Assembly (NCBI GenBank): GCA_043228905.1
Contig: JBHGNT010000011.1
Span: 8,618,001-8,682,000 of the forward strand
Direction of reading: 5' to 3'
DNA from: Azolla caroliniana
Lineage: Eukaryota > Plantae > Polypodiophyta
Length of the DNA: 64,000 nucleotides
In this document: positions 13,038-26,703 of the stretch, piece by piece
Position numbering within the stretch: position 1 is the stretch's first letter
Layout of the letters: every line of letters starts with the position of its first letter
The notes under the pieces: model-generated
What the model saw: only the letters and a program-made list of their open reading frames with translations
Databases searched by the model: none
What the model was told of the DNA's origin: nothing
Program-made: the position numbers and the translations under genes

Positions 13038-14174
13038 TGTCGTGGCGTGGCTCGCCTAGAAGCATAGCGTTGCGTAGACAAAAGATATCATGAAAGTGAG
13101 GAAGGAATCACTAGGATTATGGACGGAAGAGACGAAAGAGTAGAGATAGAGTAAATAGAGATGAACAAGATATGACAAAATAGGATTTTTAAGGAATATA
13201 AGACAAGACAAGATAAGATATAAAATAATATATGAGAAAGTGTATGAAATTTATAATCATTTTCATGAAAGAGTTACAAAGTGATTGTGCACGTCGTTGA
13301 ACCTCCGAACTTTGTCTTGCAAGGTAATCGCTCTTCTCTTTCTTGATCGTAGACCACTACAATCTTCACTTCAATATTTTGATGAAGATAAGGCTCGAAC
13401 CGCCTCCCTCTTGTTGAGAGTTGACCACCATGACCGCCAAGCTAGAGCTCCACGTTTATGTTAAACTTCTTCCCTTCTCTCTCGATTTTTATGGTATCTC
13501 TTATGTAATACATAATTTGATTGATATCTCATACATATCTCCCTTTGATCTTCTCTTTCACCATTTAAATAGGTGCCCCCATGCATATGATGCATTGGAG
13601 GGTACAAGTCATGCATGTAGTGCATGAAATGCATGTGATGCATGATTGCCATTTGGCGTTCATGCATTACATGTGATGCATGATAAACATCTCGCTCATT
13701 TGAGCTTTTATGTATGAAACAATATATGCAATAACAATAAACATGAAAATATAATCTTAAAGAGAAAGGGCCTAGCCTAATGGTAGGTGTGTTGACTTTG
13801 GTGTATGAGGTAGTGGGTTTGAGTCTCAAAATACTATTGAATACAACATACAACTTTATTTTTATATCATGAAGCAAATCCTTTATGTAATATAAAGTAT
13901 ATATAAAGTATGCTTTATTTTTATGTATATTACTAGTATAGAATAAATGGTAATATTTGAGAGTCATAGGGTGGGGTTATTGGTTCAAGTCCTCTCTTGT
14001 TCGTGTAATATAATATATTTATCTATATATATATTATTTTTCTTTACATATATATAATATTATCATATGTGTTGTTAATATTATCTTTATATATAAAACA
14101 TGATCAAATGTTATTTTAGTTACGTATTTATCTTATTGTAGACTTTTAATGTGAAGCTTTCGTACTTCACGACA
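13038..14174 (-). repeat. 3' LTR of C
   Basis: Near-identical to 24984-26073 apart from small indels. Confidence 0.93.
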
Positions 14175-14214
14175 TCCACCCCCTCTAGACCTGCACATTC
14201 TCCGGCATGTGCCT

Positions 14215-17200
14215 CTATCTTTCATCTTCATGTTGATCTATCGGAGGAGGTTCAAGCTCAAACCTTTTCTTAAATACTTTTATCCTCTTTCCAGCTACCA
14301 CGTTTAGGATTAGTGTCCCATCCAATTCACTAAGCTTATAAGTAAAGTTATCATATACTTTTCTTACTATATAAGGCCCAAACCATCTTTTAGCGAACTT
14401 GCGGACGGTGCTATGTTGATTATCTAAACTGCTATCATACACGAGCACCCAATCTCCTTCTTCTATTTTCTTAGGTCGAATTCTATGACTTTTATCAAAA
14501 CGGATTTTATTCTTTAGTCGAGCCTCCTTCAATCGTTGGGCTGCTATTTCTATATCTCCAGGTCGACGCTCTAATTGTTGAATTCGCAAAGCAAGTAATT
14601 CTTCTCTGCTCACCTCTTCTCTCCATGGAATAGATATCCATGACATAATTGATTCTTCTATCAGCATGATGGGCTTTTGGCCAAGTATCAATTCAGCTGG
14701 CATGTATCCTGTTACTGAACTATGAGTTGTTCGATCCGCCCATAGTGCATAAGGTAGCATGCGTGGCCAATCTCTTATTTTACCTTTACAGCTTTTCACG
14801 ATCGCCTTAACTATTGGGCTATGTCCTCTTTCAATCTTTCCATTGGCTTTTGGATTATACACAGTTGTAAGTGATAATTTAACCCCTATTCGGCTGAAGA
14901 ATTCTCTAGCTTCATCAGAGTCGAGTTCTCCTCTATCTGCAATTATTTTACCAACACACCCGTAACGACATATTACATCTTCTAACAAAAATTTACATAC
15001 AGCTCTAGTTGTTTTTTGTCGTAGTGGTCTTCCTTCTACTTGGTTTGTAAGGTCTTCTCTTGCTAGTACTAAATATCGCATTTGACCTTCCCCAAGTGGC
15101 ATTGTCACTAGATCGACCATCCATTTATAATGCATTGATGATGAATATGTTGGTTTTAGCTCATCTCGATACCGGATAGTTGAATACCTCTGGCAAACCT
15201 CACAGGTTTCCACAAATTTAGTTACATCTTTATACATATGTGGCCACCAATACTTTTCTTTCAACTTCATAAATGTCGCCCATATGCCTCTATGTCCTGC
15301 CCACAAACTATCATGGAATTCATTAATTAATTTTCTCTTAATGTCATCCTTACAAATGACTCGAAGAGGATTTTCGGTTGGCCTTTTTGGACGCCTCCAT
15401 AAATGCCCTTCATGTAAAAAAAACTTGAATGCTCGTCTTCGAAATTCATTTAATTGTTTCTTCGACCATGATGGGTTGGCTTCTTGAGTCTTTGAAAAAT
15501 TTCCTATTTCTAACCATTGACCTTCATACTCTGTGTCTTTGAACATTATACTTACATTAAACTCATCATGAGGCGTAATAGATTCTTGATGAGCAAATTG
15601 ATGGCTTGTAGTTGCCCAGTTCTTATCTTCAGTTTGCATCACCTTTTCATTTATGAACCTTGCCCTTGACAACATATCTGCAACTGGGTTGTCTTTTCCC
15701 TTTATATGCTGCAATTCTGGGTTCATGGTTCTGATGTATGCAATCCACCGAAGCATTGCAATATCTAGTGTCGTGCAACTTGCTATCATTCCAATGAGTG
15801 GCAAACAATCTGTTTCAACCACTACATTTGCTCCGATCAAGTAATCTCTATCTGTTTTTAATGCAGTAAGCAAACCCCACAATTCTCGTTTAACTTATGC
15901 ATAGTTTCTTTGTCTTTCATTTAATATCTTTGCTCCAAATCTGATAGCATATCGATGTTGGTCTTCATCTTCTTGGTTGATAACCCAACCGATCCCGATT
16001 GGGCTAGTATCAACTGTTACTATAATTGGTCTTTCACCTTTGTAGTCTGGTTGACGAAGAACTGGTGCTTTCAGTAATGCTTCTTTCAGCTATTGAACAA
16101 CTTGTGTATGTTCATCAGTCCAAATAAACTTCTTTCCTTTTCTTAAAAGTTGGTAGAGAGGATCTGAGACATGTGCAAAGTGTGGTAACCAAATATGATA
16201 AAACACACATGCACCCAAAAATCTTCTCACCTCTGTTACCGAGTCGCAAACTTCCTTCATATTTTGTATTGCGTTAATTTTGATCGGTGAAGGCTTCCTC
16301 CCATACCACCCACACATATGACCAACTATTAGAACTTCCTTTTGCCCAAAGCAAGACTTTGTTCCTGATAGTGTCAAATGTACCTGCTCAAGCTTATTTA
16401 AAATACTTTCACAGTCATTAATGTGATGCATCATAAACTTTCTACAACCATTTCCAACCATAGTCTCATCTTTCTCTCTTTCTAAGCATCCCTTAATAGG
16501 AATATCATCTAAAAATGGCATAGTTACCTTTGGGATGTATTCATGTAGAACTTTGTTCATTGCATTCATCATATGAGCAACCGAATTCGTCGCACCTTGA
16601 GGTAGAGTGCACATTCGAACCAACCCAATTGGTGTTTTCATTGTTGTGATGTTGCGACTATCAATTGCTAGTTGAAATTGGTCGTATCCTGAATATAGGT
16701 CTCCCATAGAGTAAATCGCTCTTCCAGCAAACGCTTCCGCAAATTCATCAACGATCGGTCCGATTCCCGCATTTCGGATTGTGACTTTGTTGACTGGTTG
16801 TAGATCTTGAATGAATCTTAGAGAACCATCTTTCTTTGGAACTGTGAACCATCTATTGGAGTATGGTGCATTTGAAGGCTCTAAAATCTTCATCTTGACT
16901 TTATCCTTCAGCAACTCCAACAATTGAGGTAATCGAGCTCTCGGTACTGCAATAGGTTTAAAATTCCAAGGAATATGAAGGATAGTAAATATTACCATTG
17001 GCGTCACCACCTTTGGATTTACACAACCAATCTCCTCAGCTTTGAATGCGAACGCTTTCCCATGCCTAAAGATCATTTCTTTGAAAGTCACGATCTCTGA
17101 TTGCAGAAGAAATTCACCCCTTCCGATTCTCAAGTTATTTATTGTCTCCGAAGTGAAGTGATGTCCGATCTTCTCTATTGGTCGAAGCATAGGCTCGGTT

Positions 17201-17265
17201 GCTGCTGCCTCCATCTTTCTCTTCACTACCAATAGGTAATGGTACTGCAGCAGGTTTGACCTTTT
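14215..17265 (-). pseudogene. pol: C pol: RT-RNase H-integrase
   Basis: RT GDLYSGYDQ, LPQGATNS, FLDDIPIKG; RH ETDCLPL..NPVADMLSR; INT GHRGIWAT..CEVC; in-frame stops at about 16090 and 15895. Confidence 0.93.
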
Positions 17266-18064
17266 TGACCTATACGCAACGCTCGGCCACAACCAAGCTT
17301 AGAATCATACACAGAAAACGGGAAATAGATGCTCGACACAGAAAAGAGAAGAGTACACAGGATGTTTACGTGGAAAACCCAAACTAAGGGAAAAGCCACG
17401 GTAGCCCATAGGCTGCAAACTATCACTATGTTAGAATGTACAACAGTGAGTTCACGGAGGCAACGACCTCGTGCTCACGATCTTCGCCACAAGCGGTGGT
17501 TACAACTGAGGCAATGACCTCTTCCTCTCTCTCACTCTCTCTATACACAGTTACACGCTCTGATCTCGCACAGACAAGAATAACGACAACGACTACTAAA
17601 AGTTTGCCCTAAGTCATATTTATACTAATATGACTTTTCGGCTATTTACAAATATGGCCATGATGGACTCTCAGAATCATATTTACGAATATGTCTCTTC
17701 ATCCGGTTCTCACCGGGTCTGCACCATCCGGCTCTCCGTAGCCGGGTACTCCTCATCCGGTCTTCACCGGGTCTGTACCATCCGGCTCTCCGTAGCCGGG
17801 TACTCCTCATCCGGTCTTCACTGGGTCTGTACCATCCGGCTTTCCGTAGCCGAGTACTCCTCATTTGGTCTTCACCGGGTCTGTACCATCCGGCTCTCCG
17901 TAGCCGGGTACTCCTCATCCGGTCTTCATCGGGTCTGTACCATCCGGCTCTCCGTAGTCGGGTACTCGTCATCTGGTTTCGGCCTCGGCCTATCGGCCTT
18001 GGCCGAGTTTCTTCATCGGCACTGTTCTTCTCCCTTCCCATCTGGAGGGATCTGTCTCCCAACA
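17266..18064 (-). repeat. 3' LTR of D
   Basis: 17270-17585 matches 22171-22485; ends ...CCCAACA next to the PPT. Confidence 0.88.
17699..17975. repeat. 54-bp CCGG-rich tandem repeat, about 5 copies, in the LTR of D
   Basis: Unit TCATCCGGTCTTCACCGGGTCTGTACCATCCGGCTCTCCGTAGCCGGGTACTCC. Confidence 0.92.
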
Positions 18065-18074
18065 AACTCCCCCT

Positions 18075-21000
18075 TCACTCCGGCATGGGGTGTCTTACTA
18101 GTCCGATCCTCTTCCGGCATGCATCCAGCTTGTCGGGTATCAACACTTTGGTCAGCATATCTGACCCGTTCTTGGTCGTGTGGATCTTCGTCAGCGCGAA
18201 CTCCTGGTCATCTACTCTCTCCCGGATCCAGTGATACCTTCGCTGGATATGCTTTGTTCGGGAATGGTAGGCCGCATTCTTAGCAAGGTGGATGACACTT
18301 TGACTGTTGCAATAGAGCCGGTATTCATCTTGTTGGATACCGAGCTCTTCGATGAAGTTCTTCATCCATAATATTTCCTTGCCGGCTTCCACAGCCGCCA
18401 TGTACTCCGCCTCCATGGTTGACAATGCAACTGTCTTCTGCAGCCTCGACTGCCACGAAATAGCTCCCCCTACATATGTCATTACATACCCGGATGTAGA
18501 CCGGCTGGTATCCACATCAGCCGACATGTTCGAATCGGTGAAACCGTCAAGTTGAGGTTTTCCGCAGCCGAATCGGAGACACATATTTGAAGGACCCTTC
18601 AAATAACGGAGTACCCATTTGACCGTGTTCCAGTGCTCCTTGCCGGGATTGCTCATAAACCGGCTCACCACTCCGACTGCGTATCCTATATCCGGTCGGG
18701 TACACACCATTGCGTACATCAAGCTCCTGACGGCAGAGGCATATGGGATCTTCATCATATCCGCCTTCTCTGCTTTCGTCTTCGGGCTTTGCTTACCGGA
18801 TAACCTGCAGTTTGCCGGAAGTGTCGATCCGACCGGTTTCGCATCTGACATGTTGAACCGGTGAAGCACCTTTGTCACGTACTTCTCCTGTGATAGCCAT
18901 AATTGCTTCATTGACCGGTTCCGAATAATATGCATCCCCAGCATCTGTCTTGCCGGACCCAAGTCTTTCATTGAGAAGGTCCGGTTGAGAGCCTTCTTCA
19001 GCATCCGTATTTTGACTTGGTCCCGTCCGACGATCAACATGTCATCCACGTACAGAAGGAGTATCAGGAAGTCACCTCCTTCGAACTTCTTCACAAACAC
19101 GCAATGATCGGCCTGCGTCTTGTGGTACCCTTGATCGGCCATGAAGGAATCGAACTTCCGGTACCATTGCCGGGGGGCCTGCTTCAACCCGTAGAGGCTC
19201 TTCTTCAACCGACAAACCAAGTGCTCCTTCCCTTTCTCCACGAATCCTTCTGGTTGCTGCATGTAGATCTCCTCTTTGAGGTTGCCATGAAGGAATGTCG
19301 TCTTCACGTCTAGCTGCTCTACCTCGAGGTCCATGTTTGCCGCTATACTCAGCACCGTCCGGATGGAGGTCATCTTTACTACCGGGGCAAATATCTCGTC
19401 AAAGTCCACGCCCTTCTTCTGCTGGAACCCCTTCACCACGATCATGGCTTTGTATCTCGGGGGGTTGCCAGCATCTCCCGGTTTCAACTTGTAGACCCAC
19501 TTATTTCGGAGTGCCCGTTTTCCTTTCGACAACTCCACCAATTCGTACATATGGTTCTCATGCAGGGAATCCATCTCATCCTGCATGGCACTTAACCATT
19601 TTCGGCTGTGGGTGTCATCCTTTGCTTCTTCGAAGCTTTTTGGCTCCCCCTCATCGGTTAACAGCACATGCTCTGCATCCGGAAATCTCCGGGGGGCCCT
19701 TCTCTCTCTGAGAGGATATCTCCATCTCTGGGCTTCGGTATCCGGCTCCTCTATTTGCTCTTCATCCGAATCTGATTCGGGGTCTTGGCCGGTTCCGATT
19801 TTAGCTTCCTCTACTTCTTCTTCTGCCGGTTCGATATCCTCACCATAACCGGCTGGTTCCTCGAGTGCTAACCGGTTTCTTGCCGGTTGGGTCTGTTCAT
19901 TGTAGAGTCTATCCTTACCGGTCGACTCGGATTTCATTATCTTCTTCTCCGACTCCCAATCGGCAAGCGTCTTGTCCTCCATGAAGATAATATCTCGGCT
20001 TCGGAATACCTTCTTGTCGACCAGGTCCCACACTCGGTATCCGAACTCATCGTCACCGTAACTGAGCAATATGCATGGCCGGGTCTTTGGATCTAACTTT
20101 CCTCTCCGGTCCTTAGTTACATGCACGTACGCGAGACACCCGAACACCTTTAGATGCCGGTAGGATACTTCCTTACCGGTCCATACTCTCTATGGCGTGT
20201 CTCCGTCCAAGGGTACTGAGGGTGATCTATTTATCACATATGTCGTCGTCGACAATGCCTCAGCCCAAAACTTCTTGGGTAGTTTTGCATGCGCTAGCAT
20301 ACTCCGGACCCTCTCCATTATGGTCCGGTTCATCCTCTCAGCCAGTCCGTTTAGTTCCGGCGTCTTCGGCACGGTAAATTCGAGCCGGATTCCCTTCGAA
20401 CGTCAGTACTCCTCGAACTGCCCTCGGTATTCTCCTCCGTTATCTGCTCGAACCGCCTTCAGCTTCCGGTCGGTTTCTCTTTCCACTCTCACGTGGAGCT
20501 CTTTGAAGACGGATAGCACCTGATCCTTCGTCTTCAACAATGTGGCCCATAACTTCCAGCTGTGGTCATCTATGAACGTCACGAAGTACTGCGATCCTGC
20601 ATGTGACTTCGTGTCCACTTGACATACATCCGTATGCACCAACTCCAGTGGCGCATTACGTCTCATCGGTGGCCTTGATCGGAAGGAGGTCCGGTTTTGC
20701 TTACCGGCTAGACAATCAGTGCACTTCTCCAAGTGCACGTTCTTCACTGGAATGAGGTTGTCGTCTGCAAGCCTCTTCATCCCCTTCTCGGTCATGTGAC
20801 ACAGCCTTTTGTGCCACAGCTCACTGGCAGTGTCGGATGCCACGTTCACTTCCTCCGGACATAACCGGGCATTCATGAGGTACAACGTGTTTACCTTCCT
20901 GGCCCGAGCCACAATCAGGCTCCCTTTGCTGAACTTCATGACACCGTTCCGGATGCTACCCGTGTAGCCTTCATCATCTAGCCGACCGGCTGATATCAGG

Positions 21001-22121
21001 ATCAGTCAGACCTCCGGAACGTGTCGAACATCCTTCAGCAACAACTTGCATCCGGTTGGTGTTGACAGCCACACGTCTCCTATGCCGACAATTTGGCATG
21101 TACCTTCATTCCCCATCCGGACACAGCCGTGATCACCGGCTGAGTAGGATGAGAAGCATTTCTGGTCCGGAGTAAGGTGGAACGACGCTCCGGAGTCTAC
21201 CACCGAGGTCATCTCGTCGCCGGCAAGGTTTATCTCACTCTCCTCGGTGATGAGCATCAACTCTTCTTCACTTGCCGCGATTGCCGTCGTTCCCTTCCGG
21301 TCCGGCCCCCTCTGGTCTTTGCCGTTCCGGTCCGGGGTCCGCTTCGAATCGGTACTATCGGTTTCCTTATCTTTTCGGAAATGCCGACAGTTCTTTTGGA
21401 AGTGTCCCGGCTTGCCGCAATAGAAGCAAGTAGGCCTCCCCCTTGACTTTGATCGTGTCCCCGACTTCTCCCGGTTCTGGGGACTACGGTTTCTATGTCT
21501 TCCGCGTTCCGATTCGGTAAGGAGCGCTTTGGAGTCGGAGCTCGTATCTTTATCTTTCCGACGCGCCTCTTCATCTAGCAAGCTCGACTTTACTCTTGCT
21601 AGGGATAACCGCTTTCCTTCCGGCCCGGCGTTGCCCAAAGTGACAACCAACGTCTCCCAGCTATCCGGGAGGGAACCGATCAAGAGTAGTGCTAGTACCT
21701 TGTCGGCGAGAGGTACTTCCAATGATGTTGCCTGGTGGATAAGCCCCTGGAAGGCATTCATGTGCTCCGCCATGCTGGAGCTATCTTGGTACCGGAGTCT
21801 TACTAGCTTCCGGAATACCGAAACCTGATTAAACACATTTTTGTTTTGAAACATTTTGCCGATCTTCTCCCAGAGCTCATGAGCCTTGCTCTCTTCATTG
21901 AAGTTGTTGTATAGGCTCATGTCGATGAAGCACCGTATGTACGCCGTTGTCTTCATGTGCATCACCTCCCATACCCCAGCGTCGATTTTGTCCGGTCTCT
22001 TGTCCCCGAACTGAACCGACAGCCAGAGGTCTTTAACCATGAGCATGTCCCTCATCTTCGACTTCCACACCGAATAGTTGGAGCCGGTGAGCTTGAACAT
22101 GCCTCCCAACGAATCGTCCAT
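18075..22121 (-). pseudogene. pol: D gag-pol (a few premature stops)
   Basis: CFYCGKPGHFQKNC, VDSGASFH, WHKRLCH, VHTDVC, YVDDML, RTKHI. Confidence 0.94.
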
Positions 22122-22485
22122 TTTCTGTGTCGTTTCGCTCTGATACCAGTTGACAGGAGCTTCATGCTCCCTATACGCAACACTCGGCCACAACCGAGCT
22201 TAGAATCATACACAGAAAACGGGAAATAGATGCTCGACACAGAAAAGAGAAGAGTACATAGGATGTTTACGTGGAAAACCCAAACTAAGGGAAAAACCAC
22301 GGCAGCCCACAGGCTGCAAACTATCACTTTGTTAGAATGTACAACAGTGAGTTCACGGAGGCAACGACCTCGTGCTCACGATCTTCGCCATAGGCGGCGG
22401 TTACAACTGAGGCAACGACCTCTTCCTCTCTCTCACTCTCTCTGTACACAGTTACACGCTCTGATCTCGCACAGACAAGAGTAAC

Positions 22486-24916
22486 TCTTCTAAAGTATTT
22501 GCAAAAGAAATTTCTTCCATAACACTTTCAATCTGCTCTTCCATTTCAAGTACTCCATTATCCTTCAATGCCTGCTGAAACAGATTAGCATTCTTTTTCA
22601 AGTTCCTCTTGCATTCATACATCCTAGTCACACATATAGCACCACTTTCAGAAACATGAAATGACTTATTCATATGTTGTAATGCCCTATATGAGGGTCT
22701 TTTAATAATGGGACTATTGCAACCCTCACTCGCAACAGTCCTAGTCAAAAACCTGATTATCAAAATCATCATAGTCTTTTGGTATTGAATGATCACGAAG
22801 CTCTTGCTTGTTCCTCTCATGATTTGGGCGAACTGTCATAAATTGTATAGTTCGTCGTCCATCTTGGCTACGGATTTTCGCATAGGCAGAACCATTGTCG
22901 AGGACTTTGGTCTCCATTTGTACCACTGTAATGTATGGTTGCCCCAGGATTATTGGATAGGTAGATCCTTCCTGCACAAAGAAATGTTGATCTACCTCTA
23001 TATCACCAATAGTAACCTTTACATTTGGGCATGCACCAAATAAATCTTCCGTGACTAATGTGGCAGCTTTTACTCGCCAACCATGTTGAGTATCAATTGG
23101 CCATCTACCTTTCCCCGTAAAAATCAGCACTCATTATATTTATTTTAGAACCATGATCAATAAGTGCCATCATGGGGTCTGGAACATTTCCAATCTTCAC
23201 ATGATGCTCAGTAGTGGCTCTTGCCCAACATTTGCGAGAGTAATGGCTTCTTACATCTATTGAATTTATCATTGAGGTTGATGCATGTTGAGAGTCAACA
23301 ATGATATTGTTTGACTCGTTGCTCACCACTTCATATGCCACCTTCGGATTTGTCTCTTTAACCTGCTCATTTACTTGCTTCTTTCTTCGCACAATATCAA
23401 TTATTTCATCATGAAATTCCTTTTTTGCAATACCTAACACTTCTCTTAGTGTAAATTCTACTCGACTGTCTAGTATTCTTGTTTCTAAAACTTTCTTTAA
23501 ATCTGTATCTTTTTCAATATTAGACATTAATTTGAATGAAGGACCAGATTTACTTTTTTCGACCTTTGCGTCCATCTCTTTTCTTTTGCTTTCTCTTGTC
23601 TCATACTTTTTTGTTGAGCCAATCTCATCATCCGTCCTTTTCCTTTTTTCTTCCACTATCACCTCATGCGCTTGGTGTTTTGCCATCTAAGCATAGACCG
23701 TCATAGCATCTACTGGAACATCCCATCCAGTGTTTTTCCTTACAGAATCTCCGGCAACACGAAGGTCTTCCATCTTCATCTTTTGCTTTTGTGCGGTACT
23801 TACAACCTTCTCCCAGAATGATGATCGGGATGGCATGTCATCGAGGCGCATTCCTGCCGTTGCCGAGTAGTACATTGCAGAAGCTTTCTTTGCTTCAGCT
23901 TCTTTAAATTTAACCTTAACACCACCATCACCAAAGTTCTTTGTAAGTGGACTTCTAGTTTCAGTTAAATAAATGGTACCATTTTTCCAATACACCGAGT
24001 CTCGATTTTCCATGTCTTTATATTCCGCACAATCACGTAATCGATGTTCGAGACTATCACACCACATGCATCGATGTCGAAATGGTTCCCTTGACCTCAA
24101 AGTCTGACCATTCTCAACCTTTGCCACTTTAATTGTTAGATCTTTCATACTTTGAACTAAATCATCAAGCAAAGACTCACTCTTAGTTTCGATCATTTCT
24201 CGTGGTTGATGGACCATTTCGTGTGATGGTTCTCGACCAAGTCTTTGAACTTCGATGTTTTGCTCAAGCCGATTTGTGATTCCCACATGTGATATTTGTA
24301 GCATTGCACCATTCCTTTGCATTCTTTTCATAAATTTATTACAAGCATTTGTTACCTCATTACAATTTGCAGTTATACCATCCTTAGTATTTGGTACTTC
24401 AAGCATGAATTCCAATTCTTTTCTATATCTCTTGTCAACTGCCTGCAAAAATAAAGCAACCTTTTGCCAAGACAAAGAATTTCTTTCTTCTAGCTTTAAG
24501 TGTCCATACATCCTATTAAACTCTTTTTTTGTGTCAGCCACAGATAACCCTTTATCTTTTTTTAAGATCCATTCATGAAATGAACGCATAGTAACTCGAG
24601 AGAAATCCTCACGAGCATATTCAGACACAAGTGCTTCTTTAAATGCATTCCAATCCAAACTATGCAATGCTTGTATTTCATGAATTCTATCTCTTAATTC
24701 CATGTCAACTAATTTATAAAAGTTTGCTATCATATTGACATCATTTATACCAAACATTTCCATTTCATCATAATATATATTCACATACTTCGAAATATTT
24801 GTGCCATCAAACATACCAATCTTCTCTCGGACTTCTCGTAAGGCATGAAATAATCGATCTTGATTCAACTTTTCAATAAACAACATTACCGGATCCATTG
24901 TACTCGTACTTGCCAT
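22486..24916 (-). pseudogene. gag: C gag-protease
   Basis: FDGTNISKY gag motif, CMWCDSLEHRLRDC knuckle, PR LIDHGS and IILGQP. Confidence 0.88.
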
Positions 24917-24960
24917 GTTGATGTTGATCTTTACTTTAGATGTCTCTTCTACTTCACCGT

Positions 24961-24978
24961 TTCACGTCGGGTTCACCA
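24961..24978 (-). promoter_or_regulatory. PBS tRNA-Trp (C)
   Basis: TTCACGTCGGGTTCACCA. Confidence 0.88.
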
Positions 24979-24983
24979 GATTG

Positions 24984-26073
24984 TGTCGTGGCGTGGCTCG
25001 CCTAGAAGCATAACGTTGCGTAGACAAAAGATATCATGAAAGTGAGGAAGGAATCACAAGGATTATGGACGGAAGAGACGAAAGAGTAGAGATAGAGTAA
25101 ATAGAGATGAACAAGATATGACAAAATAGGATTTTTAAGGAATATAAGATAAGACAAGATAAGATATAAAATAATATATGAGAAAGTGTATGAAATTTAT
25201 AATCATTTTCATGAAAGAGTTACAAAGTGATTGTGCACGTCGTTGAACCTCCGAACTTTGTCTTGCAAGGTAATCGCTCTTCTCTTTCTTGATCGTAGAC
25301 CACTACAATCTTCACTTCAATATTTTGATGAAAATAAGGCTCGAACCGCCTCCCTCTTGTTGAGAGTTGACCACCACGACCGCCAAGCTAGAGCTCCACT
25401 TTTATGTTAAACTTCTTCCCTTTTCTCTCTATTTTTATGGTATCTCTTATGTAATACATAATTTGATTGATATCTCATACATATCACCCTTTGATCTTCT
25501 CTTTCACCATTTAAATAGGTGCCCCCATGCATATGATGCATTGGAGGGTACAAGTCATGCATGTAGTGCATGAAATGCATATGATGCATGATAAACATCT
25601 CGCTCATTTGAGCTTTTATGTATGAAACAATATATGCAATAACAATAAACATGAAAATATAATCTTAAAGAGAAAGGGCCTAGCCTAATGGTAGGTGTGT
25701 TGACTTTGGTGTATGAGGTTGTGGGTTCGAGTCTCAAAATACTATTGAATACAGCATACAACTTCATTTTTATATCATGAAGCAAATCCTTTATGTAATA
25801 TAAAGTATGCTTTATTTTTATGTATATTACTAGTATAGAATAAATGGTAAGATTTGAGAGTCATAGGGTGGGGTTATTGGTCCAAATCCTCTCTTGTTCG
25901 TGTAATATAATATATTTATCTAGACATATATATTATTTTTCTTTACATATATATAATATTATCATAGGTGTTGTTAATATTATCTTTATATATAAAACAT
26001 GATCAAATGTTATTTTAGTTACGTATTTATCTTATTGTAGACTTTTAATGTGAAGCTTTCGTACTTCACGACA
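24984..26073 (-). repeat. 5' LTR of C
   Basis: TGTCGTG...CACGACA. Confidence 0.93.
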
Positions 26074-26703
26074 TCGTGCTCAGGAATCTTTTGATCAGAA
26101 GCAACTCCCCATCGTTGAACTTGTTCAGGGCCAAAGTGCTCCGCTTGTTTGGCAACATTCGAGCCGACTCGAAGAAGTCCACGCCCACCTCTTCATCTTC
26201 CGACACCATGTTGTCCTCGTTCTCGAACCTTGCTCTTGAGAGCGTATCGGCCATGGTGTTGTCCTCTTTGGAGATGTGTCGTATCTCCGGAATCAGGGAC
26301 TTGATGTACGCGATCCACCTCGGCATCACCAGGTTTGGAGTTGTGCATATAGAAACCATACCGAGGATCGGTAGGTAGTCTGTCTCGATTATCACTTCCG
26401 TCCCAATCAAGTAGTCTTTATTAGCCTTGACCGCCAAAACGATACCCCAATGTTTGCGTTTAACCTGAGTGTACCCTCATTGCCACTCGCTCAGCACCTT
26501 CGCACCTAACCGGATGGGGAAGCATATGTCGTCCTCGTCGTCTTGATTAACCACCCACCCGATTCTGGTCGGACTCGTATCTAACGTTATGTAATCTGGA
26601 GTTTCCGCTTTGTATACAGCTCTCTGGAGAGTTGGTGCTGCCGTCAGCCTCTCCTTCAGTTTTTGAACCACCTCTATGTGCTCTTCGCACCATTCAAACT
26701 TTC
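26074..26703 (-). pseudogene. pol: B RNase H
   Basis: DTSPTRIGW, ETDYLPILG, MADTLSR. Confidence 0.88.

Larger units (their letters stand above)
17266..22485 (-). mobile_element. Ty1/copia element D nested in C; 5' LTR truncated
   Basis: 3' LTR 17266-18064, PPT 18065-18075, PBS 22137-22148 (TGGTATCAGAGC on -), partial 5' LTR 22151-22485. Confidence 0.9.
13038..26073 (-). mobile_element. Ty3/gypsy element C (Trp-primed, same lineage as B)
   Basis: LTRs 13038-14174 and 24984-26073 (TGTCGTG...CACGACA), TSD TCAT/TCGT, PBS 24961-24978, PPT about 14175-14186. Confidence 0.93.

Noticed and set aside
17630-18283. 217-aa ORF with 18-aa repeats
   Set aside because: Translation by-product of the 54-bp LTR tandem repeat
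23687-23689. Programmed readthrough between C gag ORFs
   Set aside because: A single TAG is more simply explained by mutation, like many other stops in this element; no CARYYA context
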